64,000 nt of DNA from Octopus sinensis (Eukaryota): assembly GCF_006345805.1 (NCBI RefSeq), contig NC_043017.1:27404001-27468000 (forward strand), given 5' to 3'. A model generated the notes under the pieces. It worked only from the letters and a program-made list of their open reading frames with translations. It made no database searches and had not been told where the DNA came from. Made by a program: the position numbers and the translations under genes. Shown in pieces: positions 11,458 through 26,315 of the stretch. Within the stretch, counting starts at the first letter, position 1; each line of letters starts with the position of its first letter.

Positions 11458-13103
11458 ATACTCTCTCCCTCACACATACGTGTGCGCGCAGGCATGCAGG
11501 CACGCACTTAGCCCCCAACGCGTGCGCGCACACATCATCCCCTACACGTAACGTGAGGCATGAAGTTGTGAGCTCAATATACTACAATACATAATTTCTC
11601 AAAGCGAATATTTACAAATTGTCTACCGACCATTGGTTTCAAATTTTGGCACAAGGTCAGTAATACTGGGTGTGGGTGACTCAGTCAATTAAATCGGTCC
11701 CAGGGCTCTACTGGTAGATTATTTAATCGAACCCGATCGGATGAAAGTTAAAATCGACCTCCGTGTAATTTGATCCCAGGACATATAAACAGCCGAAATG
11801 ACTACGCACTTTGCCTGATATGCTAATGATTCTGCCACCTCGCGCATTAATGAGCACAGATCAAGCATTCTTTATTTATTTATTTTTTTTTTTGAAAACT
11901 TAATTAACAGTGCGCTGAGATTTGATGGGTCGATGAAATAAATTTAGATGAAAATATTTCGTGTTCTGCACATGAAGATTGCGTAGACGATTGTGCGTAG
12001 GATTTTCGCAAATTTTGATCTGCAATCACAATTCGAATGTCATTGCACTTTTGATAAATTGAGAATATATTTTAGCTTTATATTGTCATGTGGCTCTTCT
12101 TCATTCGTTTGAATAACTGAGATAATCAGTAATGATTGAAGTAACGGCTCTGCTTTATATACAGTTTCATATACACATATATGAAGAGATGATGGGTGAG
12201 ATGAGAGAGCGAGGAGAGAGAGAGGGAGAGAAAGTGTTGTGGAATCTGCAAGTAAATCTAGAAAAAGATCATAGGATCTCGGACAGAATGTAATTGTGTG
12301 CCCATATGAGAGTCTGTGTGTCCATTTAGCAATCATGATTTTGACTGGAAGATTAAAGAGACATCGAATAGAAATACGTTTCAAAGCAACTGCCAGGGAA
12401 TTGTGTGTGAGCGTGAGTCTGTTCGTGTGTGTGTGTGTGTGTGTGTGTGTCTTTAGTGCATCGTGTGTACAAAGAAGAGTTGTCAATTGATGCCGGACCA
12501 AAGAATAATCAAAGACGACACTTCGCCAATAACAAAACCGTTTTCCACTGCACTCATCCGTTTAACTTCACTGTTTCATATATACGAACAAAATTATATC
12601 AATTTTCACCTTTTTTTTTTTCACCACTTCTCTCTTCTCTGTATGTATGACTCTCACTTTGCATGTATCACTCCGTCCTTGTTTCTGTCTGTCTCTCCAT
12701 CTCTCTCCCTCTTTCTCACTTCCGCCCTCACCCCCTTTCTCTTCTCTCTGTTCCTCCATTTCTCTTTTGTCAATGATTATGTACTGACTGCACGTTCTTT
12801 CGATTGAAGCCTATTTACCATAATTTCTGCGATTCCATTTTCTCAACACTCTAGACCGTATCTGACTTGCCTTGTGTATCTATCTATCTATCTGTTTATC
12901 TATCTATCTATCAATCAAAGAATGATTACATATAGGTGGGTACATTCGTGTGTGTTTGTGTGTGTGTCAGGTACGAGGTGCATGACGTCGGTGTTAGGAA
13001 TTTTGATCGTAGTTTTGTAGTTTGAATTGCTGGAGCGTGTGACACGATATATCCTAGAACAAGAGTTTATAATACAAGGTTGTGAGTTTATAATATTATT
13101 ATA

Positions 13104-13450
13104 GTCCGCATCCGGGACCCCCTTTGGTCACGACACTGACCATGGGATTGCACCTAGAAAGTTACCCTCCTAGTCACAAGTCTGGGCAAGTTTGTTTATG
13201 GAAGACCAGCAGTCGCCCATGCATACCAGCCTCCCCTCTCCACGCCACCACTGTTATCCAATGGAAAGGCAAAGGGGCCGATACATCTTGGCACCAGTGA
13301 TGTCGCAACTCATTTCTACAGCTGAGTGAACTGGAGCAACGTCAAATAAAGTGTCTTGCTCAAGAACACAACACGCAGCCCGGTCCGGGATTCGAGCTCA
13401 CAACCTCACGATCGTAAGCTCGACGCTCTAACCACTGAGCCATGCACCTT
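13104..13450 (-). mobile_element. tRNA-headed SINE family E with RTE-like 3' tail
   Basis: Minus strand GGTGCATGGCTCAGTGGTTAGAGCGTCGAGCTTACGATCGTGAGGTTGTGAGCTCGAATCCC..TTGAGCAAGACACTTTA; probable ATTATTATA TSD; a second head fragment at 14535-14618. Confidence 0.85.
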
Positions 13451-15030
13451 CACATTATTATAGTATTGCATACAAATTATATATATTATATATACAAGTT
13501 AGTAAAATATTCATACATAAAAGTAGGGTTGGGGCGCTGAGGGTATTATGTGTCCATGAGGCGAGCGGTGGACCAAAATGTTTGAGAACCTCTGCTCTGT
13601 ACTCATCGATGATAGCAAACCTAAGCTTCCTACTTCGGGCTCCATTCACTTTCCAATTATCTAGTATAAAAACTGATCCCTATCTCCCCCTCTCTCCTAT
13701 CTCCCCCCCTCTCCCTCCTTCTCTCCCCCTCTCTCTCCTATCTCCCCTCTCTCTCTCCCTCTCTCCCCTATCTCCCCCCCTCTGTCCCTCTCTCCCCGAT
13801 GATAGACTAGATCACTGATTCATGGATTGCTACCGCTTGCTTTGCACAACTTTGTGCTTTGCTTCTGCGCGTACTTTTATTTCCTTTCTTCTTACGATCT
13901 GCTCTCATATTACTTAATCATATTTAACGACATGAATGACGCCAATATATATTGCTGTTTTCTGTAGAATAATTATTAACCACAGCTAAATAAAATAAAA
14001 GGTACCATCAGCAAAACTACTGTTGCTGCTGTTACTACTACTACTACTACTACTACTACCACTACTACTGCTGCTGCTACTATTAGTAGTATTTTATGAA
14101 GTATGTGTCTGTGCATGCGTTTGTCCTCCACCACCTCTTGACAGCCGGTGTTGGTTTGTTTAAGTTCCAGTATGTTTGTGTTTCGGGTAAAGAACCGATA
14201 GAACCAAGTTTTAAAAAAAAGTATTGGCGTCGATTCTTTCAATGAAAAATTCTTGAAGGCGGTGCCTCAACATGGCCACGATCTAACGATTGAAACAAGA
14301 AATAAAAGATAGCTTATATGAAACGTTCACTCAATTATTATTAGTGCCTTTTTGGCAAGGCCAAGGCAAAAAACAAAAAAAAAGGAAGAAATATAAATTG
14401 AAACATATGTTCTGAAAAGGTCGATAAATTAAGTACCAGTTACGCACTGGGGTCGATGTATTCGGCTTAATCCCTTTGTCTCTCCTTGTTTGTCCCCTCT
14501 CTGTTTAACCCTTTGTGGGCAATAAAGAAATAAGAACACATCTCGCAGCCCGGTCCGGGAATCGAACCCACAACCTCACGATCGTAAGCTCGACGTTCTA
14601 ACCACTGAGCCATGCACCAATATATATATCTCAGTTAAATAATCAATACTAGAATATACTGTAAGGGATTGGAAGCACCGTTAGAGCGTCCGACAAAGTA
14701 CCATGTGGTATTTCTTCCTCCGCTATATTATAGGTTCAAATCGCGTTAAGGTCAACTTCAATTCTCTTCCCACAAGGGTCGATAAAATAAAGCAGCAGAC
14801 AAGTAGGGGAGTCGACAGTAGCCTCTAAAACTCCCCTCTAAATTGATGATCTTCCGCCGAAATTAGAAACAGTTATTAGAAGTCTCTCTGGTTATTGATT
14901 TTGTTGTTGTAACTTAATCCATATGTTTCACCTAATCGATCAGACGAAAGATCAAAGGCTTTTAGTTCCTCTCCGTCCCGACTCGGTTTTATTCTTCGTA
15001 AATAGTGTACCGTGGAGTATATTATCCAGT

Positions 15031-15246
15031 CTTTTACTTGCTTCAGTCATTTGAATGTGGCCATGCTGGAGCACCGCCTTTTTAGTCGAGGAAATCAACC
15101 CCAGGACTTATTCTTTGTAAGCCTAGTACCTATCCTATCGGCCTCTTTTTTGTCGAACTGCTAAGTTACGGGGACGTTAACACACCAGCATCGGTTATCA
15201 AGCGATGTTGGGGGACAAACACAGACACACGAATATATACACACGT

Positions 15247-15277
<31 letters not shown>

Positions 15278-15449
15278 CACATATATACGGTGGGCTTCTT
15301 TCAGTTTCCGTCTACGAAATCCACTCACAAGGCTTTGGTCGGCCCAAGGCTATAGTAGACACTTGCCCTAGGTGCCACGCAGTGGGACTGAACCCGGAAC
15401 CATGTGGTTCGTAAGCAAACTACTTACCACACAGCCACTCCTACGCCTA
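15031..15449 (-). mobile_element. SINE family B, full length
   Basis: Reverse complement of 471-880 type. Confidence 0.9.
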
Positions 15450-16796
15450 TATGTCCGTTTTTTTTAAAGGAAGTACGGTTTGGTCTCAGAGAGAGAAAGA
15501 GAGAGTTGAGGGTGGAGAGACATGTATGTGAGACAAAGCGAGAGAGAGAGAGTAGGGAAGAAAGATTGGCTGCTATTTCCAGCAGATCAAACCACCACAT
15601 AGATATTCAGTCGTTGACTAACTGCCGTTCTCGTCGTCGTCATCGTCATAATCAGCGTTGTTGTTGGTTAGTCCCGGCCTAAGCCCCTTCCCTTACGGAC
15701 CTATATACTCAAAGCCAATCCAACCATGACTGTATGGCTTAAGCTAGAATTTTATTATCTGTAGGAGCCGAGCTATTTTCCTGAATACTGTTGTGCTATT
15801 TTGGGAAATCTGACTGCTTTTTCTAGCTGGGTGAATAACCACATAGAAGCTATTTCGTGTAGTGAATGTTACAGTAGTACTGATGTTCCTGTTGTGATTG
15901 TGGTGGTGGTTGTGTTGTTGTTGTTGTTGTTGTTATTGTTGTTGTTGTTTTTGCTGTTCCCTTGACGAGGGGCTCTGCAAGTTCCGATCCGGGCCTCTTG
16001 TTGCTAAACTGCTATAGAAGTCACTAACACGAACAACGTTAACGCAACCGAAAATTCTCAGTAGCAGCAACCAAAACAACAAAAACACACAAAAAAAAAT
16101 ATCAAACACCAAAATAAAATTAAAAAAATCCCAACAACAACATAGCATGAAATAAATCTTCCTAACTGTGAACAGCATGACTGTCACAACATCACGGAAA
16201 CACGTCATCTGGACTATTATACCGTAATACATTCCGCTCTCTCTCCTCTTTTACATCGATAAGCTAGTTACCGTTTCTCTCATTCCATCTGTCTCTCCCT
16301 TTCTTTTTCTGCCGTATACAATTAGAATGCTTCGCTGCCATTCCGAAGAAAATCGTTATTTCATACAGAATGGCCGCGTGGATAGCATACGTATTCTCTT
16401 GGCTCCGAGGTCCTACGTTCGTTACATGCCCGCTTCAAGCGACGCAGTATGTCCCTGGGATAATACGCTTATAACATCTGGCTTAAGGCTGGCTTAAAGC
16501 CGCGTTAAAAAATAATGTAAGGAAACGTATACCTTATTGTTAGTATTACCATTAATTCTTTACTAATTTTTCCTATTATCATAAGAGATATTGTTCTTGT
16601 TCATAATGTCACTGCTATGTTAAATGTGCAAGATTTTTTCTTCAATTTTATTATATTTTGTTGTATTATATTTATTTTATTTATTTATATATTTTTGAGA
16701 TTATTTTAACGTTAAAGATTGGTGATTTAAATTCTATCCTTCATCTATGTGTTCGTCTAATTTTGTATATTTGGGAGTAGATTGATATATTTCATT

Positions 16797-16824
16797 CTAT
16801 CTATCTATCTATCTATCTATTTAC

Positions 16825-16880
<56 letters not shown>

Positions 16881-16948
16881 TTATCTGTCTACCTATCTAT
16901 CTATCTATCTATTTATCTGTCTACCTATCTATCTATCTATCTATCTAT
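16797..16948. repeat. (ATCT)n tetranucleotide microsatellite
   Basis: Direct reading. Confidence 0.95.
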
Positions 16949-17349
16949 CGTATACATACCTGCATATAGATACACACAAACACACACACATATATACATA
17001 TATATACATATATACTTACACGTATGCATACATACATATAGATATATGCATATACACATACGTTCATTCATACGTTATACACACTCAAATACACATACAC
17101 ACCCACATAAACATATACATACATACATAAGTATATAAAATTGAAAGATGGGCCGAAAGTCAAATATAAAGGACACACATCACAGAAATTGTTAGAACCA
17201 CACATATAAGCATGCACGCATCTCTCCCTCTCTTTTTTTCTTTCTCTCTCTTTCTCTCTCTCTCTCTTTGCATCGCTCAGTCCATCTGTCTCTCTCTCAC
17301 GCACACAGGCGGACGTACACTCACTTCGCTGAAGGGTGTATATAATGTT

Positions 17350-17352
17350 TGG

Positions 17353-17404
<52 letters not shown>

Positions 17405-17800
17405 TGTGTGTGTATAGATGTTAGTGTATATATAATATATTGTGTCTGTATAGATGTTTGGATATATATATATATATATGTGTGTGTGTATAGATGTCTG
17501 TATATATTATATATATATATAGTGTGTGTGTGTGTATAGATGTTTGTGTGTATATATATATATATATATAATATTGTGGTGTTATAGATGTTTGTATATA
17601 TATATAGTGTGTGTGTATAGATGTTTGATATTATATATATATATATAGATATATATATATATATAGTGTGTGTGTGTATAGATGTTTGTGTGTATATATA
17701 TGTGTGTGTGTGTGTGTGTAGATGTTAGTATATATATATATATGTGTGTGTGTATAGATGTTTTCATGTATATATATATATATATATATACACGTGTGTG
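17350..17800. repeat. Compound minisatellite: GTGTGTGTATAGATGTTTG-type units separated by variable (TA)n
   Basis: About 8 recurrences of TGTATAGATGT. Confidence 0.85.
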
Positions 17801-18754
17801 TGTGTGTGTGTGGTGTACATTCATTCATTCGCACAGAGGCACACACATTGTGTCTACGTATTATATATTCTTTTTTTTTTTTTTGAAAAAGGCTATCCCT
17901 TCCGCGTCGTTCTTGTTTATATATGTATATATATATTTAAAGGCAAATCAGACCTGTATGAGAAAACATATATTGAAAAATATTCCAACTGTCTGTTTTA
18001 TAAAAGCTTTCAAATATCAATTTTTCTTGTCAAATGTTAGATGTTACTTCTGAAACGAGGGGCAGTGATTTATTGGTTGTTTGTCTGCTATTTCTAGCAG
18101 ATCTATTGACAACATAATGGCTGCCTGTTTGGTTCATCATTACTGATGTTATTGATGCTGTTGTTTTATTTGTTGTTGTTGCTGTCGTTATTGCTGTGGT
18201 CGTCATCAAACCTCTGGTCGGTCCCGATTTTGAAGATTTATCATAGAATTGTACTAAACGTGATAGTCAAACTTAATATATATTTTCTGCCCCGACTTTG
18301 CCTTTCATCCTTTCGGGGTCGATAAATTAAGTACCAGTTACCCACTGTTGTCATGTAATCGACTTAATCCTTTTGTCTGTCCTTGTTTGTCCCCTCTATG
18401 TTTAGCCCCTTGTGGATAGTAAAGAAATATATATTTTCTGCCCCCCCCGCGAAAAACAAAGCAAAATAAGCAACAAAAAAAAAGGGTGGGGAAAGATAAT
18501 AGAGGAGAACAAGGAAGAATTATGAAGAGGTTTCGTGTGATTTTAGGGAGATCTTTTATTGCTTTGTATAACAAAGAGAACGACAGCTTAAAGGCTTTCG
18601 CCTTAACATGGTAGACGTAACTTTCTAAACGGGACGCGAGGAGAGGACTCTGCACCCTCGATGTGTGTGCATTTGCACTCAGCTGTGCACAGATATGCAT
18701 GTATAGGTCTAGGTATAATAATTCTGAGCTCTCAATATTAGTGTTATTACTATT

Positions 18755-18965
18755 CTCTCTCTTTTACTCTTTTTTTACTTGTTTCAGTCATTTGACTGCG
18801 GCCATGCTGGAGCACCGCCTTTAGTCGAGCAAATCGACCTCGGGACTTATTCTTTTGTAAGCCCAGTACTTATTCTATCGGTCTCTTTTGCCGAATCGCT
18901 AGGTGACGGAGCCGTAAACACACCAGCATCGGTTGTCAAGCAATGCTAGGGGGACAAACACACAC

Positions 18966-19002
<37 letters not shown>

Positions 19003-19020
19003 ACAGGTTTCTTTCAGTAT
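18755..19020 (-). mobile_element. SINE family B, 3' half
   Basis: Reverse-complement tail through internal microsatellite. Confidence 0.85.
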
Positions 19021-20089
19021 ACTACAACAGTATTTGTGACTTAGCCCTGTACAGTTTTAAACAAGTGCTTTTTTCTATCATTTAGTGTAAGGCGGCGAGC
19101 TGGTAGAAACGTTAGCACGCCGGCCAAAATACTTATCGGCGTTTCGTCCGTTTGTACGTTGTGAGTTCAAACTCCGCTGCGGTTGACTTGCCTTTTATCT
19201 ACTCAAGATCGATAAAATAAGTAGCATTTGAACTCAGGGATCGCTGTAATCGATTTACCCATTCATTCGAAATTGCAGGCCTTGTGCCAAAAATTGCAAT
19301 CAATATTAGCTTTCAGCTTGAAGGCGCGTGGCCAAGTGAGTAGAATGTTACACCCAAGAGTCTCCGATCGGAGTTTCAATTCCCGGACCCGATCCTGCAT
19401 TTTGTTCTTGAGATAAAGCATTTCAGTTAACCGTTGTTTTACTCCGCTCAGCTGTCAAATACGTTCCAGCTGTAACTGGGAAGTTAACCTGGAGACGGAC
19501 AGGCGTCCTATCCAGGCTGATTGCTCTACTATCAGCTACTTATGCATTATAGAAACTGGATAAAACCCCGATATTATGAACCCTAGGGCACATAACACAC
19601 GAAAGGCGAACACTAATACCAAGAGGGATTAAACAGTGCTCATGGTCCTTTAAAAGACAGGTGGAGACAGGAAAGAGAGACAGAGAAAAAAAAAGGATCT
19701 CTAAACTTCAGACGTAAATCGAAAGCTTGAAACCCAGTTGTGTCCGCAAATCAAGATATAGCTCAGGTAATATTGTTCAACCGGGTGAAGGATTAAATCA
19801 ACCGATGAAGATATCTCCCAACCGTGACCATTCCACAATTTATGGTTTTGTTATTTTACCGTGTCAATGTAAATAAGAAAGTACAATAAAACTAGGATTT
19901 TTTTTTTATTGGTCATCGATCGGTGATGTTTGAGGTGGTATATGGTTGCTATTTCTAGCACATCCAGATCATAGGTAGTGGTTCTCTCGTCAGCCCGTTG
20001 CGACAGCAGACTTCATTCAATGTTTTCTTACTGCTACTGCTAAACGGCAAACTTTAGCATTTCTCGTTCTTATAAGAAGCACGCACACA

Positions 20090-20292
20090 CATACACAAGG
20101 ATAAAAGGCAGAGAAACACATTAGGCAGCTAGATACGCACATACACACATATATACACATACATACATAAATGTATACACATAAGCACACAAACTCACGC
20201 ACACTCGCGCGCACACACACATATATAAACAGACATTTATATACATATATGTATACGCGCACGCATACACACGCATACACACATATATAAAC

Positions 20293-20325
<33 letters not shown>

Positions 20326-20700
20326 TACATACACACACATGCAAACGCACTCACACACGCACATATATATTTTAAGACATAAATACACACGCTCACACAC
20401 ACATATAAACACACACATATATATATATACATATAATATATATACATACACACACATGGAAGCGCGCGCGCACACACATTTTAACAGACATAAATACACA
20501 CGCTCACACATACATATATAAACACACATATAAACACACACATATATATATATATATATATACATATAATATATATATACACACACATGGAAGTGCACGC
20601 ACACACATATTTTAAGACATGAATACACATAATATACACACGCACACACGTACACGCACACGCCCACACACATATATATATAACCGTCCACACACAGACG
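20090..20700. repeat. CA/TA-rich block with about 120-135-bp tandem units
   Basis: TTTTAAGACATAAATACACACGCTCACAC and CACACATGGAAG recur at about 120-135-bp spacing. Confidence 0.75.
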
Positions 20701-21532
20701 TATAAGCATTCCTAGAAATTCCTACACTCTCGACGCTCCTGCTGTGCCGCTTGCGGAAACGTACACTGAACAGATATACAACCCGTTACTTGGGAAGAAC
20801 CACGTCTGTGTGTGTGTGTGTGTGTGTATCTTTCTGTGTGTGTGGGGGTCTGTGTGTTTGTCTGCGAGTGCGTATGTGTGTGTATGTCTGCGTGTGTGTG
20901 TGTTCGTGTTCGTCTGTGTGTGTGTGTGTGTGTGTGTGTTCGTGTGCGTCTGTGTGTGCCTGTCTGTATGCTTCTGTGCGTGTGTGTATGTATGTATGTA
21001 TGTATGTATGTATGTCTGCGTGTGTGTGGCCGCTTGCGCGCGCGCGCGCGCGTGTGTGTGTGTATTTTTATGAGTAATCAGTCTAACATAAATAATGAAT
21101 AAACTTTTATGCAAATCTATGTAAATCAGATTTTTCCCCTTATCTATCGTTGACTAACATCTCTGTCGTTCTCTCTTCTCTTCTCTCTTTCCTCACACAC
21201 ACACACACACACACTCACATATATGCACACACAGATGACTATCGCTTGCCTGTTTTTTCATCAGTGTCCTCATATCAAACATCATCCCTGGAGAATACCA
21301 TGAACATCACATCATCCCACTTATACCTCGTCCGCAAATGAACATTTTCCGAGCTGATGCTGTTTTTTTTAACCAGTTATCTCGACTGATCAGAATTATA
21401 ATTAACAACAATTAACCACAATTGATCAGAAATACTAATAACAGCCGTTCCATCCTTGGCCACCCCAACTTGTTAAATAAGCATCAGGGATTATATTTAT
21501 TCTATTATAAGGCGGCTTATATAGAGTGACGA

Positions 21533-21760
21533 AAGGCGGCGAGCTGGCAGAATCGTTAGCACGCCGGGCAAACTGCTTAGTGGTATTTCGTCTGCCGTTA
21601 CGTTCTGAGTTCAAATTCCACCAAAGTCGACTTTGCCTTATATCCTTTCGGGGTCGATAAAGTATCAGTTACGCACTGGGGTCGATGTAATCGACTTAAT
21701 ACCTATGTCTGTTCTTGTTTGTCCCCTCTGTTTAGCCCCTTGTGGGTAGTAAAGAAATAT
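21533..21760 (+). mobile_element. SINE family A
   Basis: Full head AAGGCGGCGAGCTGGCAG to AAAGAAATA. Confidence 0.9.
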
Positions 21761-21929
21761 ATATTCTATTATATTTGAGATATCCTTATGTCACTCATGG
21801 AGAATTAGTTGCTATTTCTCGCAAATTGCACGCTGCGTAGAGGGCTCCTCATTCCTGTTGCATGGGGTGCAGTTGTATTAAGATAATATTGGTGCCAGCG
21901 TACAACTTCGGTTCTCTTTTTTTTCTCTC

Positions 21930-22328
21930 TTTTTTTTTTACTTGTTTCAGTCATTTTTGACTGCGGCCATGCTGGAGCACCGCCTTTAATCGAGCAACTC
22001 GACTTATTCTTTCTAAGCCCAGTACTTATTCTATCGGTCTCTTTTGCCGAACCACTAAGTGATGGGGACATAAACACACCAGCATCGGTTGTCAAGCAAT
22101 GCTAGGGGGACAAACATAGACACACAAACATACACGCACATACATATATATACATATATACGACGGGCTTCTTTCAGTTTCCGTCAATCAAATCCCCTCA
22201 CAAGGCATTGGTCGGCCTGAGGCTATAGTAGAAGACAGTTGCCCAAGGTGCCACGCAGTGGGACTGAACCCGGAACCATGTGGTTGGTAAAAAATAAGCT
22301 ACTTACCACACAGCCACTGCTGCGCCTA
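21930..22328 (-). mobile_element. SINE family B, full length
   Basis: Reverse complement of family B. Confidence 0.9.
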
Positions 22329-23347
22329 TTCTCAATTTTATCTTTTCTTATAAGTTGTTGCAGTTTTCTCGAGATAGGCATGAATATCACTTAATCTCAT
22401 TCCCTATATTTCATTCCTCTGTTATGAATCTGTGACCAAGTACCCAGTCTTTAGAATATGAAGGTATGAAAAAAACCCCAGGAGCATGTAACATCCTATC
22501 TGTAACAGCCTAATATCCATTAAAATCAAAGAGAAAAGGGGACATTTGATAATGCAGATTTAAAAAAAAAAGTACTGGATGGGCACCTTTTTTATTTGTT
22601 TTTGTTATTACACTGCGGTCACGCTGGGGCACCCCCTTGAGGAATTCTAGTCAAATCAATCGACACTTGTGCTTTTATTTCCTTTCAAGCTGTTATTAAT
22701 TGTATAGTTCGCTTTTGCTAAACAGCTAGGTTACGGAGTCGTAAACACACCAACACCGGTCGCAAAGTGATGATGAGGACAAACTCACACAAAAGAGACA
22801 CACACACATGATTGCATGTATGTATATATATATATATAACGGGTTCCTTTCAGTTTCCATCGACCAATCCCACTCACAAGGCTTTGGTGGACCCGAGGCT
22901 ATAGTAGAAGACATTTGCCCAGGGTGCCAGTCAGTAGGTCTGAACCTAGATCCTCATGCTTGAGAAGCAGTCTTCTTGCCACATAGCTACTCCTGCACCA
23001 GTGGATAGAATCGTTTTGTTACTTAGGGGCCTGTTGGAGTCGTGTTTACCTGCTGTATAAGCACCTCTAACGACAACGATGACCCGTGAATGGAGGACGT
23101 TCACTAGTTCTACTGATGGTATGCCCCTAATTTTGTGGTACGATCCCGTAGAGAATTATTTTTAAGGAACGTCGCAGGTCAACTCACTAATTGAACCGGA
23201 GAAATATAATCCTTGACTAAGCGTACAAATTTCCATCATCCCTATTACAAAACTACTGGCTAAATGTGAGGCCATACTGTTGCAGTTCACTCCATAAACA
23301 TTATTCGCGGATATGTATGTGTGTGTGTGTATATATATATACATATA

Positions 23348-23390
<43 letters not shown>

Positions 23391-23391
23391 G

Positions 23392-23721
23392 GGAGCACTA
23401 CGTCGGTTGCGACGACGAGGGTCCCAGCTGATACGATCGATCAACGGAACAGCTTTGCTCGTGAAATTAACTTGCAAGTGGCTGAGCACTCCACAAAAAA
23501 CGTGTATATTTAACATGGTTCTCGAGGAGATTCAGCGTGACAAAGAGTGTGATAAGGCTGGCCCTTTTGAAATACAGGTCCTACTCATTTTTGCCAGCTG
23601 AGTGGACTGGAGCAACGTGAAATAAAGTGTCTTGCTCAAGGACACAACGAACCGCCGGGAATTGAACTCATAACCTTACGATCATGAGACGAATGCCCCT
23701 AACCACTAAGCCACGCGCCTT
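23392..23721 (-). mobile_element. tRNA-headed SINE family D (head/core like E, 3' tail like C)
   Basis: Minus strand GGCGCGTGGCTTAGTGGTTAGGGG..TTGAGCAAGACACTTTA..AATTTCACGAGCAAAGCTGTTCCGTTGATCGATC..CTCGTCGTCGCAACCGACG, the last part matching 5753-5820. Confidence 0.85.
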
Positions 23722-24734
23722 CTTTCTCTCTCTCTCCTCTCCTCTCTCTCCATATATATATCAAATCCACTCTCAAGCCATTGGTCGGCCCAAAAGCTAT
23801 AGTAGAATAAACCTGCCGAAGGTGCCATGCAGTGGGACTGAACCCGGAGCCATGTGGTTTGTAAGCAAGCTATTTACCACACAACCACTCCTGCACCTTG
23901 GATATATATATATATGAATAAGACTAGGTGAACTGCCTTGTTTAAGATAACACACCGCACTTTGGGGAATCGAAACTACAGTCTTACGACCGGTAGGCCA
24001 ACACACAGAACTTAGATTTATCCCACCCGCGATAAAATTTTCACCGTTCGAGACAACTGCACATAGCTTTATTTATCTGTGTGCGTGTGTCTGTGTAGAT
24101 ACACATACATACACGCGCACACAGACACACATAAATATAGAGATAATTTTACATGTATATGTGCGTATCTGCTTGAGTGTGTCTGTGTATGAATGTAAGT
24201 ATGAGTTGGTAATTAAGTGGTCCATTATCTTTGTGTGTGTGTTGTGTGTGTGTGCGAGCAGAATATAAAATTGCGTCTATATATACTTAGCATTCAAAAT
24301 GAGCATCACACACACACATACACATTAAAGAAAGAGAGAGAAGAGAGCGAGAGAAATGTACACGCATACACACATACAAAAACATATACATGACGCATAT
24401 ACACGCATATATTTCGAATTAACACTCGTACATACAGACATATATACACATATATAAACAGACAAGTATGCAAGCTATTTTTATTCTCATTTTTTTCTTT
24501 TTGTATCAAATTTACTGCAATATTTTTCCTTCCAATTTTTCCTTCCGCTTCTGCCAAACTTTAGGAATAACAAAAATAAATTAATAAAAAAATAACCGAG
24601 ATTATTTCATCATATATTCGTAAGAATATGCTACACTCAGCAAAATGCTTTACACGAAACACTAGGCTTTTGAGTCACAGCGCCGATTAAAATTTTATCA
24701 GTTTTACTTATTCTGTTGCGCTACAAACCGTGAA

Positions 24735-25078
24735 ACCAACCACATGGTTCCGGGTTCAGTCTCACTGCGTGGCACCTTTGCCAAATTTCTTCTACTATAG
24801 CTTGGAGCCGACCAAAGCCGTGTGTGGATTTGGTAGACGGAGACTGAAAGAAGCCTATCACATATATATGTCTGTGTGTGTGTGTATGTCTTCCCCACTA
24901 TAGATTGACAAGTGATGTTGGTGTGCTTACGTTCCTTAATGTTGCGGTTCGGCAAAAGAGACTGATAGAATAACAAGGCTTACAAAGCTTAAGTCCTGGG
25001 GTCGATTTCCTCGACTAAAAGGCGGTTCAACAGCGTGGCCGCAATCAAATGACTATAACAGATAAAATAATAAAAGAG
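24735..25078 (+). mobile_element. SINE family B, diverged
   Basis: Body and tail match family B. Confidence 0.8.
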
Positions 25079-26129
25079 TAATTTGCGTGTGTCAGTGCTT
25101 GTAGATGGGTGTGTGTGTGTTTGTGTGTGTCTCCGCGTGTTTATGCAAATTTAGGTACAAGAATCCCTCGTCTATCGCGAGTGTTACTCCTGATATGTGA
25201 AAATCCGTGAAGTAGAAAATGGACTGTACTGTATATTTTTTATTACTTTTATATTTTGTATATATTTTATTATAAATGCAAAGCAACACCTCATAGGAAT
25301 CCACGTAAGCTTAAATGATAAACCGCGATAAGTGAACCGCGATATGGCGAGGAATTACAGTATTTATCTGTATTCTCTCTCTTTCCTTCTCTTTCTATGT
25401 ACCTCCCTATCTCTCTCTCTCTCTCTCTTCATCTATCTCTCTCTATCTGTCTAAATCTCTTCCCAGCTACGGCTGTGTGGTAAAAATATTACTTCAGAAC
25501 TACATAGTTCCGGGTTCAATCCCACTGCATGGCACCTTAAGCTAGTGATTTTCTACTATAGTCCCGGGACGACCAAAGCCTGAGTAGATTTCGTAGATGG
25601 AAACTGAAAGAATCCCGTCCTATATATATATATATATATACATACAGAGAGAGAGAGCTGCATGTGTGTGTATTTTTGTGTGTGTTTGTTCCTCCCGATG
25701 TTGCTGTGTTTACGTCCCTATTTCTGAGCAGTTCGGCAAATAATGCCGATAGTATAATTACAAGCTTTTTGAAAGAAAAGGCTGGGGTCGCTTTCTTCGA
25801 GAAGAGCCCTTTAAGGCAGTGCTATAGCATGGCCGCAGTCAAATGGCTGAAAGATATAATGCAGCAAAATAAAATAACACACACACACATTTGTAAGTTA
25901 AATAATGAGGGTAGAAATTAATATTAATTAATTAATATCAATATAAAACAGTGGCCTAGCATACTTAAAAATTCCTAAGATTTAGAAAGATTTATATATA
26001 TGTATATATATATACATACATACACGCATATATATATATATACATACACACACAAACACATACACGCATATATATATGCATATATATGTATATATGCATA
26101 CACACACACAAACATACACGTATATATAC

Positions 26130-26169
<40 letters not shown>

Positions 26170-26267
26170 TACATAGACATGTATTTTTGTTGTATTCTGT
26201 TAGATACGGTATAAAATTCTGCGTGGGTGTGAAAACACGTATTTGTATATCTCTTATACACACACAC

Positions 26268-26315
<48 letters not shown>

